Part shown: positions 11,303 through 24,450 of the stretch, one piece after another
How the letters are laid out: each line of letters starts with the position of its first letter
How positions within the stretch are numbered: the first letter of the stretch is position 1
Origin: Azolla caroliniana
Lineage: Eukaryota; Plantae; Polypodiophyta
Assembly (NCBI GenBank): GCA_043228905.1
Contig: JBHGNT010000007.1
Coordinates: 20,274,001-20,338,000 of the forward strand
DNA: 64,000 nt
Reading direction: 5' to 3'
The notes under the pieces: model-generated
Seen by the model: the letters and a program-made list of their open reading frames with translations, nothing else
What the model was told of the DNA's origin: nothing
Databases searched by the model: none
Program-made: the position numbers and the translations under genes

Positions 11303-14064
11303 TCGTCTTATGCCATGTTGTCGGCAAAATTTGACGAACTCCTCTTATTTGAACTCTTCCCCGTTATCGGTCCAAAAGCATTTCAATTTTCGGCCGGACT
11401 GATTCTCAACCATAGCGAGCCAATCGGAGAAGATTGAGAACACTCGATCTTTGGTTTTGATTGGGTAAGCCCACACATTCTGAGTTGAGTCGTCAATAAA
11501 GCTGACGAAATACAAGGCACCGCCGAGAGACTGATGTGGCATATGGCCACAGACGTCCGAGTGGACCAAATCAAGGGGACTCAATTCTCTCGGTGCTGAT
11601 GTGGGATGTGATGCGGCTATCTATTTGTCGTAGTGGCAATGCTCGCAGAACTGATGATCAAAGAAGGAGAGTTTAGAGATATATTCGGCTCTAGACAAAT
11701 GCGTGATGCCGGCCTTGCTGAGGTGTTTGAGTCAACCATGCCAAAGTGATGACACGAGAATGTTGACCAAGAACAAGTCACCCTCTCTAAGTGTCACATA
11801 TAGCGGGTACAACGAGTGTACTTTAGGTCCTCGAGCAAGTAGCAGGTTCCCCTTGTGGAGTGTCCACCCTCCTGATGAGAAGCTGGCACGAATGCCGTCT
11901 TCATCCAATTTCCGACCGACATCAAAGGTCTTGAGAGCTCAGGTACATGTCAGACATTATCTAGCACTAGTGTAGAGCCGCCTGAAAGGTTGAGCTCTAT
12001 TGTGTCGATTCCGAGAATCGCGCAGTGTTGCGAGTTTCCGACTCGAATCGAGTCAAAATGTTGGGCCGAATATTGCCGAAATTGTGATCGATGAGGAGTC
12101 ACATGATATGAAGCGCCCGAATCCAAGACCCATGTGCTCGATTCCTTAGTCGTCAACAGATATTCTGATTTGACTAGGTTTTCAATGGATAGAATGTTCG
12201 AGTCATTCGAGAATACTTCGGCTAAAGAGCCGACGTAGTTGATCTTCTCATGCTAGTCACTCTTCTGATCCGCTCGCTGAGCCTTATCGTTGTTGGCCTT
12301 GAGTGCACGACAATTGTCTTTGATGCGTTTGGGTTTCTTGCAATAATTGCATACTAGATTATCCTGGGATTTTCTCCGACTTCGCTAGTTGATCGGCTGC
12401 CGTGAAGAACTTCTTTCTCGGTTGTTCGATCAGTCGGTTGAACCTTGTACTACATATGCATTATTGGCCGAATCATTTGCAAACGATTTCCTCTGAGCTG
12501 CTTCAGTCAGAATTGCACTCGTGGCTGAGTATTTCACGACCACAGTTGATGCGTTGCACACAATTGTGATAAAAGTTTCCCACGAAGGAGGGAGATTACT
12601 CATAACCGGCATTGCGCTTAGTTCGTCCTCGATAGTCATCCCTTGAGCTGAAATTTGGGAGCTTAGACTTTCGTACTTTTTGAGGTGTGTCTGGACTGAA
12701 TTGGATTCTTTCATCCGAAGGTTATAGAGGCGTCGTATCAAATATAGCTTCGTGGCGACGACCTTCTTTTCGTAAGTGTCCGAAAGTGTCTTCCATAATT
12801 GGAAGCTAGTTGGACACATATGCACCGTAAAGTACATAGACTCCGATAGGGGCATCCGAATATTGGCTCGGACAATTCTATCAAGCTTCCCCCATTCAAG
12901 GGACTTTTATCCTTCTGTAGCATTTTTGTTTTCGATGGGGTCGATTTGCCCCTTGACTATTAAATAGTCTTCTTGCATCTGCTCCTTCCAAAAGTTGAAG
13001 TTCGATCTGTCGAACTTCCTTAAATTCATCTCTAACGAGAAGGATGTTGATGTCATCTATGTCGATTTTGGGAGGCTTTGTTCGGGGTTGGCTACGAACA
13101 GTGGTTGGGTGCAGTTGATTGGCTCACATGTATTTGTTCTAGTCGAGTTTGAACACAAGCTGAATCTAATTCGAAATTTGGGAGACTCAATCCGAAGTGA
13201 CTACAATTGACTAACCTAATCGAGTTGGACTTGAGTATGTTGATTTGATTTCAAATGTCGATTTTTGAGATTTCCGAACACATTGTGTGCTGATTATCCA
13301 GGTCGATCCTGCTTTAGGTGACTACGACAATGAGAGGAACAGATTCAGCTAATCTTTCCGAATGTTGTCTAGCCGAATGAAGCACGAAAGGGGGGTTGCT
13401 CTTGGAGCCTAGACAACTATGAGTGATTACGACAAGCGAGTGACTAGCATCAGGTGACCTATTCCATTGTTGTCTAATCCAATGTAGTACGGCTGAGGCA
13501 GAGATGTTGTGAAGCGAAATCTCACTCCGAGTGGCTACAATCACAAGAGTGAAGTGTAGCCGATTGACTCATTTCAATAGTGATTTAGAACATTGGAATG
13601 CAGATTTTGTTGGTGTCTCTCTTCGCGAAAATGATCTTATAGAGAGTTGCCAACCAAGATCTTCACGGTGTACAGAAGAAGAGTTTTTGATGGAACCTAG
13701 ATAAACGGTAGCAACAGAATCGAAAGAACCTCAAGCTCTGATACGAGATGTTGTAAATGTGGTCGTCTAGTGCAGAACAAAATCAACATCCTTTTGGTAG
13801 AAGATCAATAAGCAGATACAATCAAGGTAGATTGATGGTAACAAAGACAGAAAACAATGATCCACTTAGAACGCAAGAGAGAGAGACGATTAAGCACAAG
13901 ATGAACTATATTTCAACAACCACTTTCAACCAAGTTACAAGGTCAGTTTATATATTGACTAACTCAGGGCAATTGCCCTTCTCACTATTTACATAAATAG
14001 CCTAAACCTAGTGTGTACAAAGGGAGACAGTGTGAATACGTCCATTAGAGACCCCCATTCAACA

Positions 14065-14961
14065 AGAATGACCGATCTGATTGTGCCAAATCGTGGTGCT
14101 AGACCTCCGAGGCATATTTGCACCATTTCATCATCGTCGATTATGACATTGATCGACCCAAGGACATCACACAACTCCTTGATCTTCAATGTATAGTTGG
14201 TGATTGACATGTCCCGTTGTTGCATGTTATTCAACTCCTGTCGGAGTTGGAGCTTACGTGTAGTTGTGTTGGTTGCAAAGATTTTCTTGAGCTCGGCCCA
14301 AGCTTCCTTTGGCGTTTTCACCTCTCGAATATAGCTGAGCATATGATCATGAACGCATGATGCAAGGCAATACAACACACGGCTTTCGGCCTACTCCCAG
14401 GTTGGGTAGTCAGCGTGTGTTGGGTTGGGTGGCGTTTTGTGAGCTCCCTCAATATAGCTCCAATAACCTTGTCTGACAAGGTATTGATGCATCTTATATT
14501 CCCATGATGTGAAGTTTGTCCTATCAAGCTTCTCTGTAGGAAGCGCGCTTCCCATTTGAGTATTCATGATATTGATTTCTTCTCTGTTGTTGAACCGATC
14601 CTGTTGATTGTTGGTTTGTGGCATAACATAGTTGAATAAGCTCGATTAGAAAACCACAAACTCTGATACCATATAAAGAAATGAGAGGCGTAGGTGATGT
14701 TATGTAGCAGAGATGAACTATGTGTGCAAGTGTACGTAAGACAAGCTGAGAGAGAGAGAGAGAGAGAGAGAGGGCTTAGAACAAGAAGTTATATTAATGA
14801 AAAGTAAAATTACATCGAATAGTAACTAAGTTAGAAAAGGTTGGTTTAAATACCAACTAGTCTAGGGCAACTGCTCTATCTGTTATTTACAAAACTAGCC
14901 TAGTATGTCCACTGCTTGTCTGAAAGCACTTCATTGGGGAAGTTGAGTTCGATTCTCAACA
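14065..14961 (-). mobile_element. Ty1/Copia 5' fragment (LTR ~14672-14961, PBS, gag)
   Basis: PBS TGGTATCAGAG (14661-14671). Gag EKLDRTNFTSWEYKM...RKLQLRQELNN is the same family as 19056-20954. (GA)n tract at ~14748-14771. Confidence 0.8.
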
Positions 14962-15149
14962 TTCAATTTCAGGGTCTTATAGTTAAGCCCTAACTATGTC
15001 CTATGTTCACACTAGAGTTACAATATTTGGGTGGAGTCAACCTTTTATGCCAACAAACTCCCTCGTAAAAGGACTACTCCGTTAATTATACAATTCATAA
15101 GGGTTTTCTCCCCCATAATTCTAACTTACATTTTTTAATTTGAAGCATG

Positions 15150-15855
15150 TGTGTATGTGAATGAATCGAGTGTGATTCAATGCCACAAAATAGATTAGAG
15201 ATGTGTGTTATGTGTGTGTGTGAAAGAGGACAGAAGAGAGAGGAGAGACACAAGATAGATAGGAAAATAGAATACTTAAGATTTATATTAACAAGGAGTA
15301 GAGAATAGTAAGTACAACAATAAGAGCATTACATGGGAGATTAACCCACACTTACAAAGTAGGAGGAGGGTGCTTTATATAAGTTCACCCTCTCACTAAA
15401 CCACTCACTCACTCTCTAGAATCTTGGGGAGTGGGGAATCTCATTAATTGTGTCATAGAGTGTACCTCCTACGACACATGAGTTGTGTTACAAGACTCAT
15501 TAACTATATGTGTCATAGAGTGTAACTCCTATGACACATTAGTTATGTTACATAGTGGTGGTGTGTAACTCCCTAGTGTGTTCACACTAGGATGAGTTGA
15601 GCTTGATTCTCAACACGTCCCCTCAAGCTCAACTTTCGACATTGGTCGGCTTTTGACTTTCGGTAGCCTGTCAGCTCCGACCGTTTCGGTTTTCCCATTG
15701 TGTCTGTCTCAACTTATGTCTGCTTTGGCTTGCATCCGGTTCTCTCTTATACTCCCCCTCAAGCTTGGCAAGCCAACGGTCATCAATCCAAGGTCCGACG
15801 TGAATTACCAATGTTTGTCAGCTCCTAGGGCTTTCATGAAGATGTCGGTTGTCTG
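15150..15855 (-). mobile_element. Ty1/Copia 3' end (RNase H C-terminus, two PPT-like tracts, 3' LTR ending at 15615); left LTR boundary uncertain
   Basis: TDIFMKALG...DLGL on minus. TTGAGGGG tracts at ~15752 and ~15616 next to TCTCAACA. Confidence 0.6.
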
Positions 15856-18003
15856 AAAATTTATGCTTATCTATTGAAGGTTGGCATCCCCTGCAAGGAT
15901 ACGTTCTCGGATGAAGTGGTAGTGCACCTCAATGTGATTCGTCCGAGCAAGATGGATACTAACACGTTCACGTTCACAAGTCGAAGGCTCGCGCATTCCA
16001 CACGTGGATTCCTTTTGTAAATATTCAAATATACCCTCTCTACAAAAATTGGATGCACTAGTATCACATGTTCCATAACTTGATTAGAATTTGCAAAATT
16101 AATAAAACATGAAAGGTCTCCGAGTGGAGAACATGTGAAATTCATGTAACTTTGGATGTGTTGATATGTTAATGCCATTATAATAAAGTTCAACAATGGC
16201 TCACTATCACACTTTTGTGCGACATGGCAAACACTCAAATGAAGACATATATTTGTTTGGTAAGTTTTGGAAAAATATGAGGTGTAATTGTATCCATGTT
16301 AATAAAATGAGTTATAATTTATAATTTGACCCATACTCGTATGTATATAATTGTGGACAATGTAAGATAGTGAACCTTAGGATAATGTGATTGAAATAAC
16401 AAACTTATTAAGGCTTTCAATACTTGTGTTTAAAGTTGATCTAATCTAATCCTTAGGTGATTCGCATGAGATTGAACTCCGAAGGATAACACTAGTGGGA
16501 CTACAAGCGTATGAAACATGTGGATATTGATGAGAGGTGTACTCCAAGGTCATGCAACTAATGGGACAGTGTGGCATTGACCATTATCAACACACTACAC
16601 AATGTACACAACAATGGAAGACAAACAAACATAATAGTTTGATAATTAAGAACACACTACACATTCTAAGCAGCAATAGAAGACAACAATCCATAATATA
16701 TGGATTGTTATATATTAGACACAGTTTGACAATCTTGACAACCGATCTCAATTAACGACATGGACAATCTTGATGACCATTCAACGGGAATAATATGTTT
16801 AGGTAAAATTTGACCAAAATCATCCTTAAGGTTAACTAATTCATGTTTCTCCATATTAGAGTCAACAATAGATGCGATGAAACTGATGTCATAAGTCAAC
16901 AAACCAAATATATAGGAATATAATTGAAACATATAGAAGAATGTAAACAATGGAGTACACCAATGGAAGAACCCAAAATTTGTATTAGAGCTTCCGAAAC
17001 GCTCCCTCGTCATACAAGGAAGACACAAACACACGCACAAATGTTTGTATGCCTTTATGAGGAGGAGAGGTGCATGGGGACGCCTGAAACGCTCCCTCAT
17101 CACAAGACGGCCGAACGTACAAGGGGACGAGAACAAAGAAAGAAAGAAAAACACGAATGATATTGGCTAAAGAAATAAATATGTCTTCGATTCCAACGTA
17201 AGAGGGCCCTTTATAAAATAGGGTTTGATTACAATGTGGTAACTTCTAGTTAACCACAAGCTCAACAAAACACAAATACTAAATGCCCTTAGAGACAAAA
17301 GCAAATCCGAACACGGAACACAAACACGAAGAAGACGAGCACACGAGCACCATAAAAATGCCGACCCCAACAAACCACGACCACCCGAACGACGAGCACA
17401 CGGACTCGCAATGACGAACGGGGGCGAAGCAACGCCGAACCAACAAGGCTTGGGCTCACAAGCACTTCGAGTGCCAACACGAAGAAGACGAGCACATGGC
17501 GATGAGGGGATGAAGGGGTGTTAAGTAATTAGGTAATTAACTAGAGTTAATTAGAGACTAATTATATGGTTACGTTAAGCAGCGGAAGATTAGTATGATA
17601 TGCGCATGAGAGTGTGTGAGAGGAAGAGAGAGAGAGAGAGAGGAAGTTACACTTATGAGCACGAAGATAAATGGGGGATGATTGACTATATTGAAAAGTG
17701 TCATCAACATACAAAAATACCCACAATGAGGTATATATATAACCCATGTGCAAAGGTGCACATGTGTGGGTAGAACATAGGTACTTATGTTTAAGTCCTA
17801 CATTAAATGTACTAAGGAGTGAAGGATCTAGAATATCCCACTTAAGTACAAGGTCCTATTTAAAGGCTTAAGGTCAACACATTAACTAGATTCAATCTAG
17901 GTAACTACTAAGTTACATGTGTTGACTAACTAGATTAAACTAGTTGAGCTTGATATCTCAACACGCCCCCTCAAGCTCAAGTGTGAGGCGTCCAACGTCC
18001 AGT

Positions 18004-19014
18004 TTAGCTTCCTTCGGCTTCGTCGGCATCGGTGTGGCTTGTGGCTTTCTTCGCATCTTCGCGGCTTCGTTGCGCGGCTCTCCACGTCTTCACGGCCTCG
18101 TTGCACGGCGTTGTGAGGCTTTGTTGCGCGGCTCTTTGCGGCGTTGCGCAGCTTGCCTCGTTACGCGGCTCTCCGCGGCTTTGTTGCACGGCTCTTCGTG
18201 GCTTATTCTCCCCCTCAAGCCTGTGACGAAGGCCTAGATCCTCGGGCTCTTGTTCGTCCACTACCTTCATCGCGAGGGCATAGTGATGGGCCATATACTT
18301 GTTGTAGGCGTAACGAGTGACTTGGGTCTTCGCTCGTGATGAGCGGTGGAGTTTCTCGTTTGTCGATGTGAGCGCCTTCTTTACTCCGGGTGTCCTCATG
18401 ATGGGTACACCGAATTCACTGTCTAGTGAGCAAGCCGAATCATCCGAATCACGATCGTCGGGGTGGACCTCGACTTCGTATTCGGGCATCTTACCTTTGC
18501 CTTCGTCCGATGTCGGACTTGGCCGCGACGTGTTTTCATCGCGTGGAGGCTCTTGTGGGCCAATTAGCTCGGTAGAGCTTGGATTGTCCTTCGGTGGAGG
18601 ACTTGGCCGAGTTTCGTTGTCCGAGTTGGCGTTCAACTCTTCCTCGATCGGGTTGGATGGAGTCGCATCGGGCTTATACCAAGATGCCGATTCGTCGAAA
18701 ACGATGTCGCGACTTATCCGCACCCCTTGGGTCGAAGGGTTGAAGCACTTGTATGCCTTTTTCACAGACAAGTATCCTATGAGGATACATTCTTCCGACT
18801 TCGCGTCGGGCTTATCTCGACTTTCATTCAGGATGTGTACATTCGCAATGCTTCCGAACACCTTGAGGTGCGAGAGGATGGGCTTTCTTCCAACGAAGCT
18901 CTCGTATGGAGTAAGCTCGTGCACGCTATTTGTGGTGCATCGATTCATGAGATAGACGGTCGTGGATGCTGCTTCTGCCCAATAGAAGTTCGGCATGTGC
19001 TTCTCACGCATCAT
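18004..19014 (-). pseudogene. Copia integrase C-terminus (SH3-like) and linker fused to the 3' tail
   Basis: YWAEAASTTVYLMNR, HLKVFGS, KAYKCFNP, ISRDIVFDE. Confidence 0.85.
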
Positions 19015-19055
19015 GGCGCATGCTACCTCGAGTATTTGCCGATTCTTTCTCTCAG

Positions 19056-20954
19056 CTACTCCATTTTGTTGGGGAGTGTGTCGGCATGAGAATTCTCTAC
19101 GAATGCCTTCACCTTGGAGCTAGGAGGTGAACTCGTCGGAGAAGTACTCCTTTCCTCCGTTCGATCATAGGCATCGAATGTGCCGACCGGTTTCTTTCTC
19201 CACTTGGCTTTTGAGCCTTTAAAGTGGGAGAGCACTTCGCTCTTCTTCTTCATCGGGTATATCCACGTGTAGCGTGAGTGGTCGTTGATGAAGGTGACGT
19301 AGTAGCGGCATCCGCCGAGCGTCGGCATTTGGGCCGGTCCCCATACATCCGAGTGTATGACGTCGAGGAGGCCTTTGCTTGTGGAGCTCTCCTTCGGAAA
19401 TGGGAGTCGATGTTGTTTGCTGAGTTCACACGCTTCGCATACTCGGTCGACTCGTTTCGACGCGAATGTTGGAAGTCCGATGACGACTCCCTTTGTTTGC
19501 ATAGCTCGGAGTCGTTCGAGGTTGATGTGGCTGATTCTTTTGTGCCACAACTCAATCCTTGTCTCGGTTTTGAGGCCTTTGGCGTACATGGCTGATTTTA
19601 CCTCGTTCGAGTCGAGGATGAACAAGCGACCATCTCTCCGTCCCTTGGCTATGAGTCGGTCGTCTTTCTTGATGAAGCAACCTTCATTGTTGAAGTGTAC
19701 TTGCATGCCTTGCTCCACGATTTGGCCGACCGAGACCAAATTCTTTGTTATTGTGGGCACGTGCAAGACATTCTTGATGCAGGTTTGCTCACCTTCTTTC
19801 CCGAATGGGACATCGCCGATGTGCCGAATGGGATGCGAAGTGTCGTCTCCGGTCTCTATGTAGCCGGGTCGATCCATCGTTCGTAAGTCGCAAAACCACT
19901 CTTGGTGCGACGTCATGTGGTGCGAGGCGTAGGAGTCTACGAACCACGCGTGTTCGGAGTTGGAGGTGCTTGCGGGGTTTGCAAGATCGGAGGCCATCAT
20001 AGAGTTCGCTCTATGCCTCATCATGAATAGTCCGTTGTAGTCCACGTATTCCGCGTTCGCGGCGTAATTTGTGAGTTGCAGGCTTGTTGAAGCCGACTCG
20101 CTTCGTCTTTTTCGGCACTCCTCTTCGCGATGGCCGATTTTGCCGCAATAGTTGCACGTAGGTGGCGTCGTTCGCCGACCTTGTTCGGCATGGAAACTCC
20201 CCCTTCTTGTGAAGGTTCCTCGATGGCTTCCGTTTCCTTGCCAAAATTGTGAATTCCCTTCATGGGATAGGTCGAATTGACCTCTTCCGCTTCGACCTCG
20301 TCTATGGGCACCATCCGTATCGGAGAAGAGCATTTTCCCTTCCGATGTGTTGTTCTTTGATTGAACGTGGTTTTCTTCGACCAATAGCATTGATTGGAGG
20401 TTGAAGAACGAGGGAGGGGTATCTCTCGCCAAGATTGTCGTTCTCAATGGGTTGAATCGTTGTGTGAGGCCGCCCAAGCATACTTGCACCATCTCGTCTT
20501 CGTCGGTGTTGACGTTGATGGAGCCAAGCGAGTCGCAAATGCTCTTGATCTTGGTGGTGTAGTCCGTCACGGACATTTCTTTTTGTCGTATGTTGTTCAA
20601 CTCTTGCCGGAGTTGAAGCTTGCGCGCGGATGTGTCCGCAGTGAAAATCTTCTTGAGATTTTCCCACGCCTCTTTGGTTGTCTTGGCGTCATGAATGTGG
20701 CTAAGCATGTGGTCGTTTACACATGTTGCTAAGCAATACATTACCCGACTCGCGCCTTGCTCCCACGTTGGGTAGTTGGCGTGTGTGATTTCGGGTTTGT
20801 TTTCTTGTGCGCCGTTGATGTAGCTCCCATACCCTTGGCCGACAAGGTATTGATTCATCTTGTACTCCCAAGATGAATAGTTGCTTCGGTCTAGTTTTTC
20901 GCTAGGGAGTGAGCTTCCCCTTTGTGGGTTCATGTTGATTGTTGTGTCTTCCAT
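19056..20954 (-). CDS. Copia Gag-protease-GAG-pre-integrase-integrase (frameshifted at the C-terminus)
   Basis: CNYCGKIGHREEEC, WFVDSYASHHMT, LWHKRISH, CEAC, DVIHSDVWGP. Confidence 0.9.
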   Translation of the reverse strand: MEDTTINMNPQRGSSLPSEKLDRSNYSSWEYKMNQYLVGQGYGSYINGAQENKPEITHANYPTWEQGASRVMYCLATCVNDHMLSHIHDAKTTKEAWENLKKIFTADTSARKLQLRQELNNIRQKEMSVTDYTTKIKSICDSLGSINVNTDEDEMVQVCLGGLTQRFNPLRTTILARDTPPSFFNLQSMLLVEENHVQSKNNTSEGKMLFSDTDGAHRRGRSGRGQFDLSHEGNSQFWQGNGSHRGTFTRRGSFHAEQGRRTTPPTCNYCGKIGHREEECRKRRSESASTSLQLTNYAANAEYVDYNGLFMMRHRANSMMASDLANPASTSNSEHAWFVDSYASHHMTSHQEWFCDLRTMDRPGYIETGDDTSHPIRHIGDVPFGKEGEQTCIKNVLHVPTITKNLVSVGQIVEQGMQVHFNNEGCFIKKDDRLIAKGRRDGRLFILDSNEVKSAMYAKGLKTETRIELWHKRISHINLERLRAMQTKGVVIGLPTFASKRVDRVCEACELSKQHRLPFPKESSTSKGLLDVIHSDVWGPAQMPTLGGCRYYVTFINDHSRYTWIYPMKKKSEVLSHFKGSKAKWRKKPVGTFDAYDRTEERSTSPTSSPPSSKVKAFVENSHADTLPNKME

Positions 20955-23900
20955 TTTGTTTTTCTTCTCTTCATCGCGTACACGTCCTTCGTAGCGGCAC
21001 TACGGTAGCGGATAGGGAATAACCGGGATTTGTCGTGGGCGTCTGGAACACACAATCACGAATAAGCGGTGGGCTTAGTGGATTTCCTAAACCACACGCT
21101 CTGATACCATGTTAAGTAATTAGGTAATTAACTAGGGTTAATTAGAGACTAATTATATGGTTACGTTAAGCAGCGGAAGATTAGTATGATATGCGCGTGA
21201 GAGTGTGTGAGAGGAAGAGAGAGAGAGAGAGGAAGTTACACTTATATTGAAAAGTGTCATCAACATACAAAAATACCCACAATGAGGTATATATACAACC
21301 CATGTGCAAAGGTGCACATGTGTGGGTAGAACATAGGTACTTATGTGTAAGTCCTACATTAAATGTACTAAGGAGTGAAGGATCTAGAATATCCCACTTA
21401 AGTACAAGGTCCTATTTAAAGGCTTAAGGTCAACACATTAACTAGATTCAATCTAGGTAACTACTAAGTTACATGTGTTGACTAACTAGATTAAATTAGT
21501 TGAGCTTGATATCTCAACAAGGGGTATGAGATGAAGAGAAATGGTGAAGATAAAGAGGAAGAGCTCCAAAAGAAAAATGGCAATAGTCTCCTCCTCCCAA
21601 AACGTTCTCCCAAATGAGCACCCCTTGACCTCCTTTTATAGGAAAAAAAGGAAGGGGGATCGCCACATTCGTCTTCAATGCAAAAGAAATAAAATTCCTT
21701 AAATCACACTGCATTGTAAGACCAAATTTGAACCACGCACCTTTAGCTAGGAGTCAATATGTCTATCAACTAGCCCATTAACTCTATATTATGTAATATA
21801 TAATTCTATATCTAGAAATTCATAGCCTATCTCCTCTCTACTTTTTAACTCTCCTCTCTCTTACTTTTTACACAAGCTTCTATACCTCCTTTCCACCTCT
21901 TCTTTTCCCTTTTCTTTTGCATGTACACAATTAATTGCCTTTGTGTGCACAAACATTGCACATGCACATTTTGATCCCCCCTTTTGTCGGTTTTTCCCAC
22001 ACTCGAGCACGCCACATCACGACATCCACCCCCACCAAACCGTACATCTTTCGGTATGTGCCAAGAATGGCAGGCCAAGGGTGGTCAATAGTTCATTTCC
22101 TCCTCCTCATTGACCCCGCGGCTTGTTGTTTGCTCGCCTTTATCTTCGTCAAGGTCATCGAGGTTTGGCTCCCTATCGTGTCGCTTTTTGAAGATTTTGA
22201 CCGACTTCCCTGCTATTGGTACTGCCAACTTGGTCTCAGCGAGTTCAACGAGGTGGTAGGTGGCATTATCGTTTGCACTCGCTACCACGTACGACCCGAA
22301 CCATCGCTTTGCGAATTTCCGCATTGAGCTATGTTGATTGTCGAGACTCCTATCATACACAATCACCCAATCTCCTTCTTTGATCTTTCAAGGGCGTAGT
22401 TGGTGTGTCTTGTCGAATCGGGCTTTGTTACTTAGCCTAGTCGCTTCTAACCTCTCCTTCACGAACTCCAAGTCTTCGGGTCTTCTCTCAAGTTGCCTTA
22501 TTGTTACCGGCCGGCAAGGAGTCCAAAATACGGAGTGAAGGAGTTAATTAAGTATGGTTGTAAATAAGCATAGTGTGGACGGACGGACTGGAAACGGTAT
22601 GCCGTTCCAGATCCGGACGGATCCCGAATAGGTGCGATAGGCACCGTTTTGTACTACGGGCCGGAAACCTATTTAAAGGCCCGGACCCCATTGTAATCGC
22701 AGCGGATAATTAATAGAGCATATGGTGTTTATACTTCTGTGTTGATTTCCGTTCTGTAATTACTATTATATCTTACGCGTGTAATTAACCAAAGCACTCT
22801 AATCGTGTAACCTACGTAAGTCGGTGTAATCGTTGAATCTTAATCCTATGCCGTAATCACCCTTTGGTGAAGTGTCTCCGTGACACCTTGTGTTAGGCCT
22901 TGTCCGGTCAGAGTATAACACAGTTTTGGCGACCACGATTCCTGCTTTCTCGCAGCGAACGACGGCTTAATGGATGACGAGACCAACGCACGACCTGGTT
23001 ACAGACCGAGCTCGACGCCTCGCCGAACGGCAAAGACGGCGTGAGACTTTCCAGCAAGCAGCGCAGGAAATTCGCTCGGATCGTTCGTTCTCCAACGAGA
23101 TCCGAAGAGTCGCGGAGGAATCTCTTCGGTTACAGCAAACTCGCGACCAGGACGACGGAAGCAGTCTAAGTAGTCTCCGGGAAACCGAACGCCGCCTCGA
23201 GGCGCTGGCAAGCGGAGAGAACGAGGCAGAAGCCTTTTCAGCCTACGAATCGGATTCCGAAGGGGGATACAGCGTGCACACGAACTACCGGAGCAGCAAC
23301 GATACCCCCGGCGGCCCGGAGGACGACGGGTCGGATACCGTGCCGACTCCAGAACCGGAACCGTTCGACCAGGGCTATCCGGAACCGCAAACGGAAGTCG
23401 TCAACCCACCAACACCGGAAGTGGAAGAAGCAAAGCCACCGACACCAACGAAAGAGCCGGCGAAGGCATCGGAAGAAGAGCCGGTGAAGGAACCGGAAAA
23501 AGCACCGGCAAAAGAACCGGAAGTGGAACCGGAGAGAGAACCGGAAAGATATCAACAAACGCCACTACACCGCGGCCTAATACTGGACGACGACATGCCG
23601 TTCCAATACTCAAAGTATCGCGATGATCCGGACGCGGAAGCGCATGTTCATGCCTTCGAGCAGACATGGGAAGCAAATCGCATGTCCCAGCGAATGACAC
23701 CGGAGGAAGAAGAACGCTCGAAGATAGCGGAATTCGGGGTCACGTTGTCGTGCCTTTCGGCTCCGGATCGTTTGCGTGAGTCGGGTGGGAACCACTGGGG
23801 TTTTGGACTAGGAGAAAGAAGAATATGAGATGAGGCTAGTAATGGATAGATTATTAGAAAGAGAGATAGAAATTTTGTGAATCCCACGAGTGTACTGTAA

Positions 23901-24349
23901 TCGATTAATCAATATTTAGATAAGAATATGTATTTAGATTTGAAAGAAAGATATAAGAAACTTGTGAATCCCACAAGTATAGATTATATTATTTTCGTGA
24001 ATCCCACGATTATATTAATCGGTTGGTGTTTTTGGAAATATATCCAATTTCCAAATATTTCACACACCTATTACATTGTGCTCCCCATCCTTATGTAGTG
24101 ATGAGGGAGTCCATGCTTTTTTTTTTTTCTAACTATAGACTCCATGCTTTTCCTATAGATAGACTATATGCTTTATCTAAAGTATTCATGCTTTTTCTAA
24201 CTTGTGCGTTTTTTTTATCAACTATAGCGTTCATGCATGCTAGATGTGCATGTGTAGCTTTTTCTTTTAGCATGCGTTTTCTTTTAACTAAAGTTTATCC
24301 TAGGTGAACTAAGCTTTCTATGTGGAACATCTATTTTTAAATACAAATG

Positions 24350-24420
24350 AAATGCTAGTGTAATGGTAAGACATTACATTATTAACATGGAGGTGCAAGG
24401 TTCGAATCTTGCCCTATGCA
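24350..24420 (+). other. tRNA-like A/B-box cassette in LTR of A (second copy 30374-30444)
   Basis: TAGTGTAATGGTAAG...GGAGGTGCAAGGTTCGAATCTTGC followed by T4/T5 runs. Confidence 0.65.
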
Positions 24421-24450
24421 TGTTATATAAATTTTAATATTTTCTACTAT

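Larger units (their letters stand above)
8957..14064 (-). mobile_element. Degenerate Ty1/Copia (5' LTR 13749-14064, gag, PR, INT, RT start), 3'-truncated
   Basis: Degenerate tRNA-iMet PBS (GCTCTGATACGA, 13735-13746 on +). Motifs WVLDSGASYH, LDLVHSDVCG, FIDDS, TDNG and EEPTSYKEA...WQLAMESEM. Inserted into the gag of another Copia. Confidence 0.85.
17519..21519 (-). mobile_element. Ty1/Copia with both LTRs and an internal deletion of RT/RNase H
   Basis: LTRs 17519-17963 and 21110-21519 are near-identical apart from a ~33-bp indel. TSD AGGGG. PBS TGGTATCAGAGC. After the integrase, EQEPE joins directly to the RNase H tail DLGL at ~18241. Confidence 0.92.
16995..22024 (-). repeat. 3' LTR of the large element (truncated, interrupted by Copia 17519-21519)
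   Basis: Colinear with 55930-56816. It has ~165 bp (21589-21752) that the 5' LTR lacks, bounded by AGTC microhomology. Confidence 0.85.
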
